Shown piece by piece: positions 1-11,362 of a DNA stretch of 64,000 nucleotides. The DNA is taken from NCBI GenBank assembly GCA_002737635.1, contig NSIC01000001.1:16891-80890 (forward strand). The letters are read 5' to 3'. This DNA comes from Acidimicrobium sp. Its GTDB lineage: Bacteria; Actinomycetota; Acidimicrobiia; Acidimicrobiales; Ilumatobacteraceae. The notes below the pieces were generated by a model, which was not told where the DNA came from, searched no databases, and saw only the letters and a program-made list of their open reading frames with translations. The position numbers and the translations under genes were made by a program. Position 1 is the first letter of the stretch. The number at the start of each line of letters is the position of its first letter.

Positions 1-1239
1 AACTGCAATCGATGCCAACACTGGCCCAAAGATTTCTTCGCGCTCGATACGCATGCCTGGTTTGACATTTTGAAACACGGTTGGCTTGATGTAGACACCA
101 CCTTTTACTGGTTCGGCTTTTTCGCCGCCCGAAAAAACTTTTGCTCCTTCACTTTTGCCAATATCGATATAACTGAGCACGCGCTCGAATTGTGTCTTGT
201 CAACAATTGTGCCCATAGCCGTCGTCGGGTCATATGGGTCACCAGGCTGAATCGACTTGCCAACGTTTGCAATTTTTTCAAGCAACTCATCTTCAACTGC
301 TTTTTCGACAACCAACCGCGTGCCGGCATGACAAGTTTGTCCGGAGTTATAGAAAACACCCCAAGCAATCGATGAAGCCGCTGCGTCAAGATCTGCACAG
401 TCGCTCAACACAATTTGTGGCGTCTTGCCACCAAGTTCAAGCGACACAGATTTGCCGTTGCTCTCTGCCGCGTATTTCAAGAAATATCTGCCGACCTCCG
501 TCGAACCAGTAAATGCGAGTTTGTCGACATCCATATGTCGGCCAAGTGCGGCACCAGCCGTCGGACCAAAACCAGGCACGACATTCAATACACCGTCTGG
601 CAAACCTGCTCGCGAACCAAGTTCGGCGAAGAACAATGCCGACAGAGGCGACTGCTCTGCTGGTTTAAGCACAACTGAGTTGCCGCCAGCCAATGCGGCG
701 CCAACTTTCCATGAAGAAATAATCAACGGATAATTCCACGGCACGACTGCACCGACAACACCGAGCGGTTCACGCTCGATCAGCGCAACTGCATCGCGCG
801 GCACCGGTGCCACTTGTCCGTACATCTTGTCAATCGTTTCGGCGAACCATTGCAGGTTGTTGGCCGCAGAAGCAATGTCAACATTCACCGAGTCACCAAT
901 TGGCTTGCCGACATCCATGGTCTCAAGCAACGCAAGTTCGAAGATGTTTTCGCGCATCAACTGCACCCAGCGCAACATAATGTTCTTCCGCTCGAGCGGC
1001 GCCATTTCACTCCACACGCCATTGCTGAACGACTTTCGCGCAGCAGTCACTGCTCGATCAATGTCTAGCGAATCACCCTCGGCGACATTTGCAGCAACAG
1101 TATTGTCGCGCGGGTTGATCGACTCGAATGTCTTTCCGCTTGCTGCATCTACAAATTTTCCGTCTATAAACAGTTGGGTTCGTGACACTTTTTGCGCCGC
1201 GCGTTTTGTCCATTCTTCGCGACTAAGTAGATCGGTCAT
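1..1239 (-). CDS. NAD(P)-dependent aldehyde dehydrogenase (PuuC-like), runs off left edge
   Basis: Not in ORF track; hand-translated from ATG 1239 (GGAG upstream): MTDLLSREEW...VVPWNYP...LKPAEQSP...FTGSTEVG...LELGGK...YNSGQTCHAG, the ALDH motifs with catalytic Glu and Cys. Confidence 0.92.
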   Translation of the reverse strand, partial: MTDLLSREEWTKRAAQKVSRTQLFIDGKFVDAASGKTFESINPRDNTVAANVAEGDSLDIDRAVTAARKSFSNGVWSEMAPLERKNIMLRWVQLMRENIFELALLETMDVGKPIGDSVNVDIASAANNLQWFAETIDKMYGQVAPVPRDAVALIEREPLGVVGAVVPWNYPLIISSWKVGAALAGGNSVVLKPAEQSPLSALFFAELGSRAGLPDGVLNVVPGFGPTAGAALGRHMDVDKLAFTGSTEVGRYFLKYAAESNGKSVSLELGGKTPQIVLSDCADLDAAASSIAWGVFYNSGQTCHAGTRLVVEKAVEDELLEKIANVGKSIQPGDPYDPTTAMGTIVDKTQFERVLSYIDIGKSEGAKVFSGGEKAEPVKGGVYIKPTVFQNVKPGMRIEREEIFGPVLASIAV

Positions 1240-1312
1240 CTTTTCTCTCCGTTACTTTTTTGCCTAATTGTCAAGCCACGACGCTATCAGTACGACCTGT
1301 CAGAATATAGGC

Positions 1313-2128
1313 GTGCCGTTAGATCAAGCGTCGAACACCCCGACAACTTGTCTCTTGGCAATCGCCTCGGTGCATCGCACTGGTTCAACATTGCTTTGTT
1401 CGATATTGCGAGCAACTCACTTGGCAGGCATGCCAATGGAATACCTAAATATTCACACCAAGAACTTCACCAATTTTCGCAACGAAAACAACCTGCCAAA
1501 ACTCAACTTGCGTGGCGCTCTGATCGGCACAATACGCAAAGTCACCGGACGCAATGCCTGGCGCAACATCGAATATTTCTCTGATTCGTCATGGTGCGCA
1601 TATCTAAATCGCGCAGCCGAACTGAACACGACAACAAATGGCGTATTCGGCATAAAGATGCACTACAACCAATACGAAGAGCACATGCTGCAGCGCGGCA
1701 TCGACGCCAACTTTTGGAATGCACCGATCAAATGGGTGCGCATCACCCGCGACAACGAAGTTCGACAGGCAATTTCACTCGTTCGCGCCGAACAGTCGAA
1801 CCAATGGAACAGCAACATGTCGGCAATTCGCGAACCCGTTTATGACGAGCTGGCCATTGTCGAAGCACTCGAAACAATTTCTGTTGCCAACAAAAATTGG
1901 GATGCATACTTCGCCAAGCATTCGATCACCCCGTTGCTCGTCACTTACGAGCAACTCACCCGCGACATGGATGCAACAGTGCGTCGAATTATGAGTCACA
2001 TCAACACGCCAATCGACACAGTGCCAGAGCCACAAACCAAGCGACAATCAGATGGCGCAAGCGCACAGTGGGAGCAACAATTCTTGAACTCGCGACCCGA
2101 ATTTGCCTCGCGTGCTGCCACAATATAA
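1313..2128 (+). CDS. Stf0-family sulfotransferase
   Basis: PAPS-binding HRTGSTLL, PMEY, FGIKMH, RQAISLVRA, VTYEQL; start moved to in-frame GTG 1313 (ORF open from 1268). Confidence 0.85.
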   Translation: MPLDQASNTPTTCLLAIASVHRTGSTLLCSILRATHLAGMPMEYLNIHTKNFTNFRNENNLPKLNLRGALIGTIRKVTGRNAWRNIEYFSDSSWCAYLNRAAELNTTTNGVFGIKMHYNQYEEHMLQRGIDANFWNAPIKWVRITRDNEVRQAISLVRAEQSNQWNSNMSAIREPVYDELAIVEALETISVANKNWDAYFAKHSITPLLVTYEQLTRDMDATVRRIMSHINTPIDTVPEPQTKRQSDGASAQWEQQFLNSRPEFASRAATI

Positions 2129-2130
2129 GT

Positions 2131-3021
2131 GTGAGCGTTTCGGCGATATTTGATCCAACTAAATGGACCCAAGTTAAAGATTTTTCTTTCCGTGACATCA
2201 CCTACCACCGCGCCAACGATCACGGCACGGTTCGCGTCGCTTTTAACCGCCCCGAAGTTCGCAACGCCTTTCGCCCAAGCACAGTCGACGAGCTTTATCG
2301 CGCGCTAGACCACGCACGCCAGACAGTTGATGTCGGGTGTGTGTTGTTAACTGGCAACGGTCCATCACCCAAAGATGGTGGTTGGGCTTTTTGCAGTGGC
2401 GGTGACCAGCGCATTCGCGGTCGAGATGGCTATCAATACGAATCTGATGACCAAAACAAATCAAGCACCGGACGACTGCACATTCTCGAGGTGCAACGAC
2501 TAATTCGCTTCATGCCGAAAATTGTGATCTGTGTAGTGCCTGGTTGGGCTGCTGGTGGCGGTCACAGTTTGCATGTCGTCAGCGACTTAACTTTGGCCAG
2601 CAGAGAACACGCCAAGTTCAAACAAACAGATGCTGATGTTGCAAGTTTTGACGGTGGCTTCGGCTCGGCTTATCTTGCGCGCCAAGTTGGACAAAAGTTT
2701 GCCCGCGAAATTTTCTTTTTGGGCCGCGAATATTCTGCCGAAGATGCACACCGCATGGGCATGGTCAATGCGGTCGTCGATCATGCAGACCTTGAAAAGG
2801 TCGCTCTCGAATGGGCTCGTGAGATCAACGCAAAAAGCCCAATGGCCCAGCGAATGCTCAAGTTTGCGTTCAACGCAATCGATGACGGCCTTGTCGGTCA
2901 ACAAATTTTCGCCGGCGAGGCAACTCGGCTGGCCTACATGACCGAAGAAGCCACCGAGGGTCGAGACTCGTTTGTTGAAAAGCGCGACCCTGACTGGTCG
3001 AAATACCCCTGGCATTTTTAA
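2131..3021 (+). CDS. menB: 1,4-dihydroxy-2-naphthoyl-CoA synthase
   Basis: NRPEVRNAFRP, AFCSGGDQ, WAAGGGHSLHVV, SFDGGFGSAYLARQVGQK; GTG start just after upstream stop. Confidence 0.96.
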   Translation: MSVSAIFDPTKWTQVKDFSFRDITYHRANDHGTVRVAFNRPEVRNAFRPSTVDELYRALDHARQTVDVGCVLLTGNGPSPKDGGWAFCSGGDQRIRGRDGYQYESDDQNKSSTGRLHILEVQRLIRFMPKIVICVVPGWAAGGGHSLHVVSDLTLASREHAKFKQTDADVASFDGGFGSAYLARQVGQKFAREIFFLGREYSAEDAHRMGMVNAVVDHADLEKVALEWAREINAKSPMAQRMLKFAFNAIDDGLVGQQIFAGEATRLAYMTEEATEGRDSFVEKRDPDWSKYPWHF

Positions 3022-3049
3022 TCTTGCGACACTTGCGCTAGAACTCGCA

Positions 3050-3853
3050 ATGATCACGACAATTACCTCAAGTCAAGATCCGCGACTTGATCCGCTCCGG
3101 CTCAACGAGCGCCAGTTAACGACTATCGCCGAGCGTCGATCGACACTTGCCGCCGGTCGGTTCATCGCCGAGGGTGATCTCGTCGTCGCGCGCGCGCTGG
3201 CTGCTGGCTACAAACCTGAAGTCGTGTTGTGTGATGCCGAACAAGCCGAGCGATTACATCTTCAGATTTATCAACTCGGTGGCCTGTGCTTGACTGCCGA
3301 CATCGAAATTCGCCGCCAAGCAACAGGTCTCGGCGTACCGCTCAGCGCCCTCGGCGTTTTCTATCGACCCAACCCCCGAACAGTCGACCAAGTGATTGCT
3401 CTAGCCAACCGAATAATCGTTGTCGAAGCGGTTGATAACCCCAGCAACATCGGGGCGATCGTTCGCTGCGCAACTGGTTTGGGTTGGGATGGTTTGATCT
3501 GCGACACGACGAGTGCCGACCCACTTTCTCGCCGCGGGCTGCGGGTTTCTATGGGATCGGCTTTTAATTTAAGTTTCGCGCGCACAGCCGACATCGTTCA
3601 GACGCTTCAAACATTGCACGCTCAAGATTTCAAAATCTTCGCTCTAACGCCAGACTTCGACTCAGTCGATATTGACCAAATCAAACTTGCACCTTCGCAA
3701 AAACGAGCAATAATTTTTGGTTCAGAGCGCGCCGGCCTTAGCGAGCAAGCACTCGCCTGCGCCGACGCTCACGTCAAAATTGCGATGAACCCAAATATTG
3801 ATTCGCTAAATGTCGCCGCCGCGGCGGCAATCAGTTGCTACGCGCTTCGTTAA
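3050..3853 (+). CDS. TrmH/SpoU family RNA methyltransferase
   Basis: DNPSNIGAIVR, FGSERAGLS, IDSLNVAAA SPOUT motifs. Confidence 0.92.
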   Translation: MITTITSSQDPRLDPLRLNERQLTTIAERRSTLAAGRFIAEGDLVVARALAAGYKPEVVLCDAEQAERLHLQIYQLGGLCLTADIEIRRQATGLGVPLSALGVFYRPNPRTVDQVIALANRIIVVEAVDNPSNIGAIVRCATGLGWDGLICDTTSADPLSRRGLRVSMGSAFNLSFARTADIVQTLQTLHAQDFKIFALTPDFDSVDIDQIKLAPSQKRAIIFGSERAGLSEQALACADAHVKIAMNPNIDSLNVAAAAAISCYALR

Positions 3854-3902
3854 CTGGCATTGGCTCGCAGTATCTCGCGGAATTTCACGGTATCTCGCTT
3901 TA

Positions 3903-4319
3903 TTAACGCGGATATTCAGCCGAAGAAATCGGCAAGCCCGTGTCATTGCGCAAGTGCTCGGCGGCTTTGACGAAATATTCGGTCATCGCGCTACGAATCT
4001 CGTCGTCAGCCACGAGTTCATTCACCGCAGTAAGCATGTGCACCAGCCACCGATCGCGCTCTAAATTGCCGATACGAAACGGCATGTGTCGCATTCGCAA
4101 TTGTGGATGACCGCGATTCTCGTTGAACAACATCGGTCCACCCCAGTATTGGGCGAGAAACCAAGTCAAGTGCTGGCGTGCCTTGACTAAATTTTTCGGG
4201 TCTTCATACAGCACAATCAAGACTTCGTCAGTGGCCACACCTTCATAAAAGCGGTCGACGAGTCTTTCAAAAAAAGAAAGACCACCAACTTGCTCGAAGA
4301 TCGAACTATCTGAACTCAG
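3903..4319 (-). CDS. Group II truncated hemoglobin (GlbO/trHbO-like); probable non-canonical start
   Basis: FLAQYWGGP, RGHPQLRMRH, ERDRWL; frame is open upstream of the tracked GTG 4238 and encodes the conserved SIFEQVGGLSFFERLVDRFY; CTG at 4319 proposed as start. Confidence 0.88.
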   Translation of the reverse strand: MSSDSSIFEQVGGLSFFERLVDRFYEGVATDEVLIVLYEDPKNLVKARQHLTWFLAQYWGGPMLFNENRGHPQLRMRHMPFRIGNLERDRWLVHMLTAVNELVADDEIRSAMTEYFVKAAEHLRNDTGLPISSAEYPR

Positions 4320-5199
4320 GGTCTTGCCAATCTGGAAACAAATTCGGCATGTCGTTTGAAACTTTCATCGTGAAGTTTGCCGCACGCTTTTCAAGAAAAC
4401 TCATTACACCTTCGCGTGCATCGGCAGACTTGCCGCGTTGCAAAATGCCGCGTGATTCAGCCCGATGGGCTTCCATCGGGTGCGAAGCACCGAGCATTCG
4501 CCACAACATCTGTCGCGATAGCGCAACAGAAACTGGTGCCGTATTTTCGACGATTTCTTTGGCCAGCGCACGCGCCGCGCCGAGCAGTTCGCCGGCGCTA
4601 TGAATACTTCGCACGAGACCGGCTTCACGGGCTTCATCTGGCGAAATCATTCGACCAGTAAAAACCCATTCAGTTGCTAGCGAGATGCCAACAACGCGGG
4701 GCAAAAACCAAGAAGAGCATGCCTCGGTGATGATGCCACGTCGGGCAAAAACAAAACCAAACTTTGCGCCATCGCTCGCCAAACGAATATCCATCGGCAA
4801 AGTCATCGTCACGCCAACGCCGACAGCCGGACCATTTATTGCCCCAATGACCGGTTTCAAACTTTCAAAAATTCGCAGAGACACCAGCCCACCGCCGTCG
4901 CGAGGCAAATGTGCACCATCATCGCTAACACCTCTGCTCGCACCACCGCTTTTAGCCATCACATCACTACCACCTCGACTAAAAGTTTCTCCACCAGCAG
5001 AGAGATCGGCTCCGGCACAAAACGCTCGACCAGCACCAGTCACGATCACTGCTCGAACATTGTCGTCGGCATCAGACAAGTCAAATGCGGCAATAATTTC
5101 ATGCAGCATTGTGTTTGTAAACGCATTAAGTTTCTCTGGACGATTCAGCGTGATCGTCGCGACTTGATCGCTCACTTCGTAGTTGATTTGACTAAACAT
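4306..5199 (-). CDS. Enoyl-CoA hydratase/isomerase (crotonase family)
   Basis: ITLNRPEKLNA, AFCAGADL, INGPAVGVG; ATG 5199 overlaps the ftsX end. Confidence 0.92.
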   Translation of the reverse strand: MFSQINYEVSDQVATITLNRPEKLNAFTNTMLHEIIAAFDLSDADDNVRAVIVTGAGRAFCAGADLSAGGETFSRGGSDVMAKSGGASRGVSDDGAHLPRDGGGLVSLRIFESLKPVIGAINGPAVGVGVTMTLPMDIRLASDGAKFGFVFARRGIITEACSSWFLPRVVGISLATEWVFTGRMISPDEAREAGLVRSIHSAGELLGAARALAKEIVENTAPVSVALSRQMLWRMLGASHPMEAHRAESRGILQRGKSADAREGVMSFLEKRAANFTMKVSNDMPNLFPDWQDPEFR

Positions 5200-6097
5200 C
5201 AAGAAAACGCGTCGCCGCAATCGCCGAACCGATAGCGCCGACAAAGGCGCCGATACCCAGCAAAATAAACATCACCGAAGTTAAATAACTATCGGGCACA
5301 ACAAGCGAACTAATGCCCGTGCCAGGTTTAAAACCAGTGACGCCGCTCGTCCACGCCGAATTCAAGACCCACAAACCACCACAAGAAACGACGCCACCGA
5401 TTAGGCCCTGCAACAAGCCTTCTAACATAAACGGAATTCGAATAAACCAGTTGGTTGCACCAACCAGTTTCATCACTTCTATTTCACGACGCCGTGCAAA
5501 CATCGCCGTGCGAATCGTATTCCAGATCAAACCCACGGCTACAAGTAAAAGCACTAATGAAGTAATCAGTGTCACGACACGAATGAAGTTAGACAAAGTA
5601 GAAATGACTTCGAACTCATCTTCGGCCAGCGCTACCGCTTCAACCCCGGGCAAAGTGCGATATTGATCGCTCAACGACCTAACAAGGGTCGGGTCATCAG
5701 AAAGTGGCACGACTTTAAATTGTGTCGGTATCGTCTCTGGCGTCAACAAACCAAGAGTTACCGGATCGCCAGCAAATATTCGTTTTGCTTCTTCGTAACT
5801 TTCAGTTTTGTTCAAATATCGCAACTTATCGACATCGATAATTGTTGGCGAGGCACGCAACACCGAGTCAATCAGCGTAATTTGTTCGGCAGATGCGTCG
5901 CTGCGCACGAAAACAATCATCTCTACATCGCCGCGCCACTGCACCAACAAGTTCTCAAACGCGCGTTGAATCAAAAAAGTTGCGCCGACGAGAAGTAACG
6001 AGACAGCCGAAGTCAACACTGCCGCAGCGGTCAGAGTTAGGTTGCGTCGAAAACTCTCCCAAGTTTCGCGAAAGGCGTATGCAATTCTCGAAAACAT
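5192..6097 (-). CDS. ftsX: Cell division permease FtsX
   Basis: Four TM segments, RRREIEVMKLVGATNWFIRIPFMLEG, adjacent to ftsE. Confidence 0.95.
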   Translation of the reverse strand: MFSRIAYAFRETWESFRRNLTLTAAAVLTSAVSLLLVGATFLIQRAFENLLVQWRGDVEMIVFVRSDASAEQITLIDSVLRASPTIIDVDKLRYLNKTESYEEAKRIFAGDPVTLGLLTPETIPTQFKVVPLSDDPTLVRSLSDQYRTLPGVEAVALAEDEFEVISTLSNFIRVVTLITSLVLLLVAVGLIWNTIRTAMFARRREIEVMKLVGATNWFIRIPFMLEGLLQGLIGGVVSCGGLWVLNSAWTSGVTGFKPGTGISSLVVPDSYLTSVMFILLGIGAFVGAIGSAIAATRFLDV

Positions 6098-6775
6098 CTA
6101 CTCGTAAACCCCGCGTTCTTGGTCTCGCACAATAACGCCACGATCAAGCTGAATCACTCGCCTGCGCATCGCGTTAACGACTCGATGATCGTGAGTCGCC
6201 ATTATTACGGTCGTACCCGTCTGATTAATTTCGTCAAGCAAGCCCATGATGCCTTCGCTGGTAGTCGGATCAAGGTTGCCGGTCGGTTCGTCGGCCAACA
6301 TGATTAACGGCCGATTAACGAAGGCTCGGGCAATTGAAACTCGCTGTTGCTCACCGCCTGAAAGCTGGTTCGGAAACCTGTCTTGCTTGTCGGCCAAACC
6401 GACCAAATCGAGCACGATCGGCACCTGACGAGCGATCACATGGCGCGGCTTGCCGATCACTTCGAGGGCGAACGCCACATTTTCGAACACAGTTTTGTTG
6501 AGCAGCAATTTATAGTCTTGAAACACGTTGCCCATACTGCGGCGAAGATGCGGCACTCGCGATGCGGGCAGCTCATTTATGTTTTGACCCGCGACCCATA
6601 CATCGCCCCGCTCGGGTTGTTCTTGACGATTGATCAGACGCAACAGCGTCGATTTACCAGAGCCCGACGGTCCAACCAAAAATACGAACTGGCTTTTGGG
6701 TATATCAAAAGACGCGTCTCTTACGGCAACTGTTTCGGTTCCGTAGATTTTCGTCACATTTTCAAGACGAATCAT
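6098..6775 (-). CDS. ftsE: Cell division ATP-binding protein FtsE
   Basis: [36 protein letters not shown]. Confidence 0.96.
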   Translation of the reverse strand: MIRLENVTKIYGTETVAVRDASFDIPKSQFVFLVGPSGSGKSTLLRLINRQEQPERGDVWVAGQNINELPASRVPHLRRSMGNVFQDYKLLLNKTVFENVAFALEVIGKPRHVIARQVPIVLDLVGLADKQDRFPNQLSGGEQQRVSIARAFVNRPLIMLADEPTGNLDPTTSEGIMGLLDEINQTGTTVIMATHDHRVVNAMRRRVIQLDRGVIVRDQERGVYE

Positions 6776-6817
6776 TGCGTCAAACTTACCATCGTCAGAT
6801 TGGCTCGCCGATCAGGC

Positions 6818-7918
6818 CTATTGGCTGTCAGAACGCCGCCAACGCAGAAAGCCTTCCATAAATTCATCTAAATCACCGTCAAGCACGGCCGTGACATTGC
6901 TGCTCTCGACACTTGACCTGAGATCTTTCACCATTTGATATGGCTGCAACACATACGAACGAATTTGACTGCCCCATCCAACTTGCGCTTGCTTGCCGGC
7001 AATCTGCGAAAGCGCTGCGGCTTTTTCTTCTTCGTCTTGGGCGATGATCATCGCTTTCAAGCGTTTCATCGCGCTCTCACGATTTTGCAACTGACTGCGC
7101 TCTTGCTGCGATGAAGCGACTAGACCAGTCGGCTCGTGGATCAAGCGCACCGCCGACGACGTCTTGTTGACATGTTGACCACCCGCTCCAGAGGCACGAA
7201 AAACTTCCATACGAATGTCGCTTTCGTTAATTTCAAGTTCAGCCTGATCAAGAATCGGCCAAATCTGCACCAATGCAAAACTTGTCTGCCGACGACCTTG
7301 GTTATCAAATGGACTAATTCGCACAAGTCGATGAGTGCCGCGCTCGCTAGTCAATAGCCCGTACGCATATCGGCCACGAATCGTCACATCAGCCGACAAA
7401 ATTCCGGCTTCGGTGCCGATCGAAACATCCCCAATTTCAAATGCAAACCCACGACGCTCAGCCCAGCGCCGAAACATTCGTAACAACATCTCGCTCCAGT
7501 CTTGGGCGTCGACACCACCGTCTTTGGCGTTGATCTGCAAAATTGCATCGCATTCGTCGTGCTCACCCGTAAACATGCTGCGCATTTCAAGCGAGTCAAG
7601 TTGGCTACGACACGACGCAATACCCTTTTCAAGTTCTGGTTCTTGGGTTGCATCATCTTCTGCACGAGCAAGTTCGTGCAACACGAACAAGTCGTCGACT
7701 GTGGCCGACAGCAAATTAAATTGATCAATGTCGGCTTTCAAAGATGCGTACTGCGAATTAACTTTCTTCGCATGTTCTTGGTCATTCCACAAATCTGGCT
7801 TGGCAACTTCACCTTCAAGTTCGACGAGCAACCCGCGCGAAGTTTCAATGTTCAAATATTGCGATGCCTCACCGATGCGGCGATGCAATTCGGCAAGGTC
7901 ACTTGAAAAATCTTTCAT
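6818..7918 (-). CDS. prfB: Peptide chain release factor 2
   Basis: SPF and GGQ motifs, WGSQIRSYV; continuous ORF. Confidence 0.97.
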   Translation of the reverse strand: MKDFSSDLAELHRRIGEASQYLNIETSRGLLVELEGEVAKPDLWNDQEHAKKVNSQYASLKADIDQFNLLSATVDDLFVLHELARAEDDATQEPELEKGIASCRSQLDSLEMRSMFTGEHDECDAILQINAKDGGVDAQDWSEMLLRMFRRWAERRGFAFEIGDVSIGTEAGILSADVTIRGRYAYGLLTSERGTHRLVRISPFDNQGRRQTSFALVQIWPILDQAELEINESDIRMEVFRASGAGGQHVNKTSSAVRLIHEPTGLVASSQQERSQLQNRESAMKRLKAMIIAQDEEEKAAALSQIAGKQAQVGWGSQIRSYVLQPYQMVKDLRSSVESSNVTAVLDGDLDEFMEGFLRWRRSDSQ

Positions 7919-7933
7919 AATGCTTAATTCGCT

Positions 7934-10663
7934 CTAACTGACGCGACCGTGACACATCTTGTATTTTTTGCCGGTGCCACATGGACATGGTGAATTACGC
8001 GGAGTTTTCGACCAATCTGGTTGACCGAAAACACTGCTGCTTGTGCTCGCCTTTGCACTCGGTGCTTGATCTACGTTTTCATCCGAGGTTTCTTGAATGT
8101 TGCTCAACTTGCTGGCTGGGGTCGAATTATTGATCACCTGCACATGCATCACGTATTTGACGAAGTCTTGGGCAACGCCCTTCATCAACGCGCCGAACAT
8201 CTCAAAGCCCTCGCGTTGCCACTCGATCAACGGATCTTTCTGGCCAATCGCCCGCAAATTGATGCCTTCTTGCAAATAATCCATTTCTTCTAGGTGTTCA
8301 CGCCAACGTTGATCGATGATCTTGAGCATCACTTGACGCTCGACCTCGCGCATTACTTGCGCGGACATTTCAGCTTCGCGTTTGGCGTAGAACGCGCTCG
8401 CATCGGCCATCACAAGGTCGTAGATCTCATCAGTCGAATCGCACTGGGCAACTTGAGGCGCGCTTATTTCAGACGGCCAGAAAGTGCGCAACTCAAGAAC
8501 CAAACCGTCGATATCCCATTCGTCGTCAGCCTCGGCGACACAATGAGACCCAATCAACGCATCGACCGCCTCGGCCAAATATTCCATCGCCGCTGATTTG
8601 AGGTCGAGTCCTTGCAAAATTTGATCGCGACGTAGATAAATAATCTTGCGCTGTTCGTTCATTACTTCGTCATATTTGAGAACATTTTTGCGAATCTCGC
8701 CGTTGCGCTGCTCGACGGTGCTCTGTGCACGCTCAATCGCCTTGGTCACCATCTTTGCTTCGATCGCCTCGTCGTCAGGCAATGCGCGACCCATCACCCA
8801 CGAAAGTGCACCGGTGGCAAACAGTCGCATCAATTCATCGTCGAGACTTAAATAAAATCGACTTTCGCCAAGGTCACCTTGTCGACCGGCGCGACCACGC
8901 AACTGATTGTCGATGCGGCGACTCTCGTGACGCTCAGTGCCCAAGACATAAAGACCACCAATCTGACGAACTTTGTCACCTTCTACTTTGCAACTATCTA
9001 TGTATTTGGCCAATAATTCGCGATATCGATTTTGCGCTTTTTCGCGGGCTGTCAAAAAATCAGGTGGCATCGAATCAAGCGCCACCGGCAGAGCAAATTC
9101 ATCAAGCAGCGTCATCGGATCAAAACCCTCTTTGAGCACATCATGTCGAGCCAAACCTTCGGGGTTGCCACCCAACAAGATGTCAACACCACGACCCGCC
9201 ATGTTTGTGGCAACCGTGATTGCCCCAAGACGGCCGGCCTGCGTTACAACCATCGCCTCGCGAGTGTGCTGCTTGGCGTTCAAAACTTCGTGGCGAATGC
9301 CGCGTTGTTGCAACTTCTTTGATAACTGCTCGCTCTTTTCAACGCTCACGGTGCCGACCAAAACAGGCTGACCTTTGGCGTGCTTTTCTTCGATGTCGCG
9401 CACGACAGCATCAAACTTTGCCGCTTCAGATTTATAAATCTGGTCGGCCTGATCGGTACGCACCATCTCACGATTCGTCGGAATCGGTACAACTTGCAGA
9501 TTGTAAGTGTTCATTAATTCGGCGGCTTCGGTTTGTGCCGTACCTGTCATACCCGAAAGCTTTTCGTACATTCTGAAATAGTTCTGCAGAGTGATCGTGG
9601 CCAAAGTTTGGTTTTCTTCTTTGATATTGACGCCTTCTTTGGCTTCAACCGCCTGGTGAATGCCTTCGCTCCAGCGACGGCCATCGAGAATGCGGCCCGT
9701 AAATTCATCCACGATCTTTACTTCGCCGTCTTGAATGATGTAGTCCTTGTCGCGCTGATATAAAACGGCTGCTTTGAGCGCGACCTGCAATTGATGCACA
9801 AGATTTTGCTGAACTTCGTCGTAAAGATTTTCAATACCCAACTGTTTTTCAACTTTTTCAATGCCCGACTCTGTCGGCACTACGATGCGCTTGGCTTCTT
9901 CGACGTCATAGTCGACATCTCGAACGAGTGTGCGAACAATCGCCGCAAACTGATAATAAAGTTTCGCGGCATCAGCGACACGCCCGGAGATAATCAGCGG
10001 TGTTCGCGCTTCATCGATCAGAATCGAGTCAACTTCATCGACGATCGCAAAATTGAAACCTCGTTGCACCTTGTCTTCAAGAGTTGAAGCCATGTTGTCG
10101 CGCAAATAATCAAAACCAAACTCGTTGTTCGTACCGAATGTAATGTCGCTCGCATAGTCGATGCGCTTTTCAGCAGAACTCGTGCGCCGACCAGGCACAA
10201 CCAGACCCACCGACAAACCGAGCCACCTGTGAATTTGTCCCATCCACTCGGCGTCACGCTGGGCGAGATAGTCGTTCGTCGTGATTTGATGCACGCCTTT
10301 ACCCGACAACGCGTTCAAATATGCGGGCAATGTTGAAACAAGCGTCTTGCCTTCACCTGTTTTCATTTCGGCAACCCAACCCGCGTGCAATGCTGCACCA
10401 CCCATCAACTGCACGTCATAGTGGCGCTGACCAATGACACGAGTTGCTGCCTCGCGCACGACGGCAAAAGCCTCGATCAGCAGATCATCAAGCATCTCAC
10501 CACGCTCAAAACGCGACTTGAATTCAGTCGTCTTGCCCCGCAACGCAGCATCATTTAGAGCGGCGAATTCGGTCGACAACGCATTGATTTCGGGCAATAT
10601 GGCGGCAAGAGCCTTTACTTTCTTGCCTTCGCCAGCGCGTAAGACTCGGTCGAGGATTGCCAT
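7934..10663 (-). CDS. secA: Preprotein translocase ATPase SecA
   Basis: [47 protein letters not shown]-terminal [13 protein letters not shown]; start at [13 protein letters not shown]. Confidence 0.98.
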   Translation of the reverse strand: MAILDRVLRAGEGKKVKALAAILPEINALSTEFAALNDAALRGKTTEFKSRFERGEMLDDLLIEAFAVVREAATRVIGQRHYDVQLMGGAALHAGWVAEMKTGEGKTLVSTLPAYLNALSGKGVHQITTNDYLAQRDAEWMGQIHRWLGLSVGLVVPGRRTSSAEKRIDYASDITFGTNNEFGFDYLRDNMASTLEDKVQRGFNFAIVDEVDSILIDEARTPLIISGRVADAAKLYYQFAAIVRTLVRDVDYDVEEAKRIVVPTESGIEKVEKQLGIENLYDEVQQNLVHQLQVALKAAVLYQRDKDYIIQDGEVKIVDEFTGRILDGRRWSEGIHQAVEAKEGVNIKEENQTLATITLQNYFRMYEKLSGMTGTAQTEAAELMNTYNLQVVPIPTNREMVRTDQADQIYKSEAAKFDAVVRDIEEKHAKGQPVLVGTVSVEKSEQLSKKLQQRGIRHEVLNAKQHTREAMVVTQAGRLGAITVATNMAGRGVDILLGGNPEGLARHDVLKEGFDPMTLLDEFALPVALDSMPPDFLTAREKAQNRYRELLAKYIDSCKVEGDKVRQIGGLYVLGTERHESRRIDNQLRGRAGRQGDLGESRFYLSLDDELMRLFATGALSWVMGRALPDDEAIEAKMVTKAIERAQSTVEQRNGEIRKNVLKYDEVMNEQRKIIYLRRDQILQGLDLKSAAMEYLAEAVDALIGSHCVAEADDEWDIDGLVLELRTFWPSEISAPQVAQCDSTDEIYDLVMADASAFYAKREAEMSAQVMREVERQVMLKIIDQRWREHLEEMDYLQEGINLRAIGQKDPLIEWQREGFEMFGALMKGVAQDFVKYVMHVQVINNSTPASKLSNIQETSDENVDQAPSAKASTSSSVFGQPDWSKTPRNSPCPCGTGKKYKMCHGRVS

Positions 10664-11313
10664 AAGACAGTTGATGCTACAGCCAGACAAGTAACCAGAC
10701 CAGCCCCCGCTTGGTAAAGCGCTCGGGATGCGCTGTTTAATGTTGCGCCAGTCGTCGCTACATCGTCGATCAACAACAAATGTTTCGAGTCTAAATTTCG
10801 TGCCAAAAACGAAGGGCCAACGAGTCTTTCCTCTCGTGACTTTCCCGTTTGGGGTCGATCTGACGACCGAACTAAAACTTTTTCGCATGGCACTTGCAAT
10901 CGCTTGGCGACATATTTTGCAATCAACTCTGCGTGGTCATAGCCGCGTTCGACGATGCGTCTTTGAGTTGTCGGAGCCCATGTCACGATGTCAATCTTCT
11001 CGAGCGAGCGAGACTGCTCGATTTGCACGCGACGCACAAGTGCATCTCCAAGAAAACGCAGGCTCGATCTTTGATTGCGATATTTGAAAGCCAAAATTGC
11101 TTTTCGAATGATCGAGTCGTACTCAAATGCAACGAGTACGTCGCCGTGATATTCGGTTGGAGAGATTTTTTTAGTATCGCCACCCCAAAGAGATCCACGA
11201 CAAGAATTGCAAATTGTCGTCGCAATGCGACCGCATGCTGGACAAGTAGCACCGAAAATGAAACCGAGCAGATCTGCCACTTTGGCTAGAACAGCATCAA
11301 CAATTTTGAACAT
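10615..11313 (-). CDS. ComF family phosphoribosyltransferase-like protein
   Basis: CPAC..CNSC zinc ribbon, [26 protein letters not shown]; directly upstream of secA. Confidence 0.9.
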   Translation of the reverse strand: MFKIVDAVLAKVADLLGFIFGATCPACGRIATTICNSCRGSLWGGDTKKISPTEYHGDVLVAFEYDSIIRKAILAFKYRNQRSSLRFLGDALVRRVQIEQSRSLEKIDIVTWAPTTQRRIVERGYDHAELIAKYVAKRLQVPCEKVLVRSSDRPQTGKSREERLVGPSFLARNLDSKHLLLIDDVATTGATLNSASRALYQAGAGLVTCLAVASTVLWQSSTESYALAKARK

Positions 11314-11362
11314 CGTGACAAATGTGTGTACCAACTACAGATGTGTTGGCTAGCATAAATCT

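Noticed and set aside
70..1267. Tracked short ORFs at the left edge
   Set aside because: They are shadows of the minus-strand aldehyde dehydrogenase, which the track missed because its stop is outside the window
6818..7918. Programmed +1 frameshift in prfB
   Set aside because: The ORF is continuous and full length
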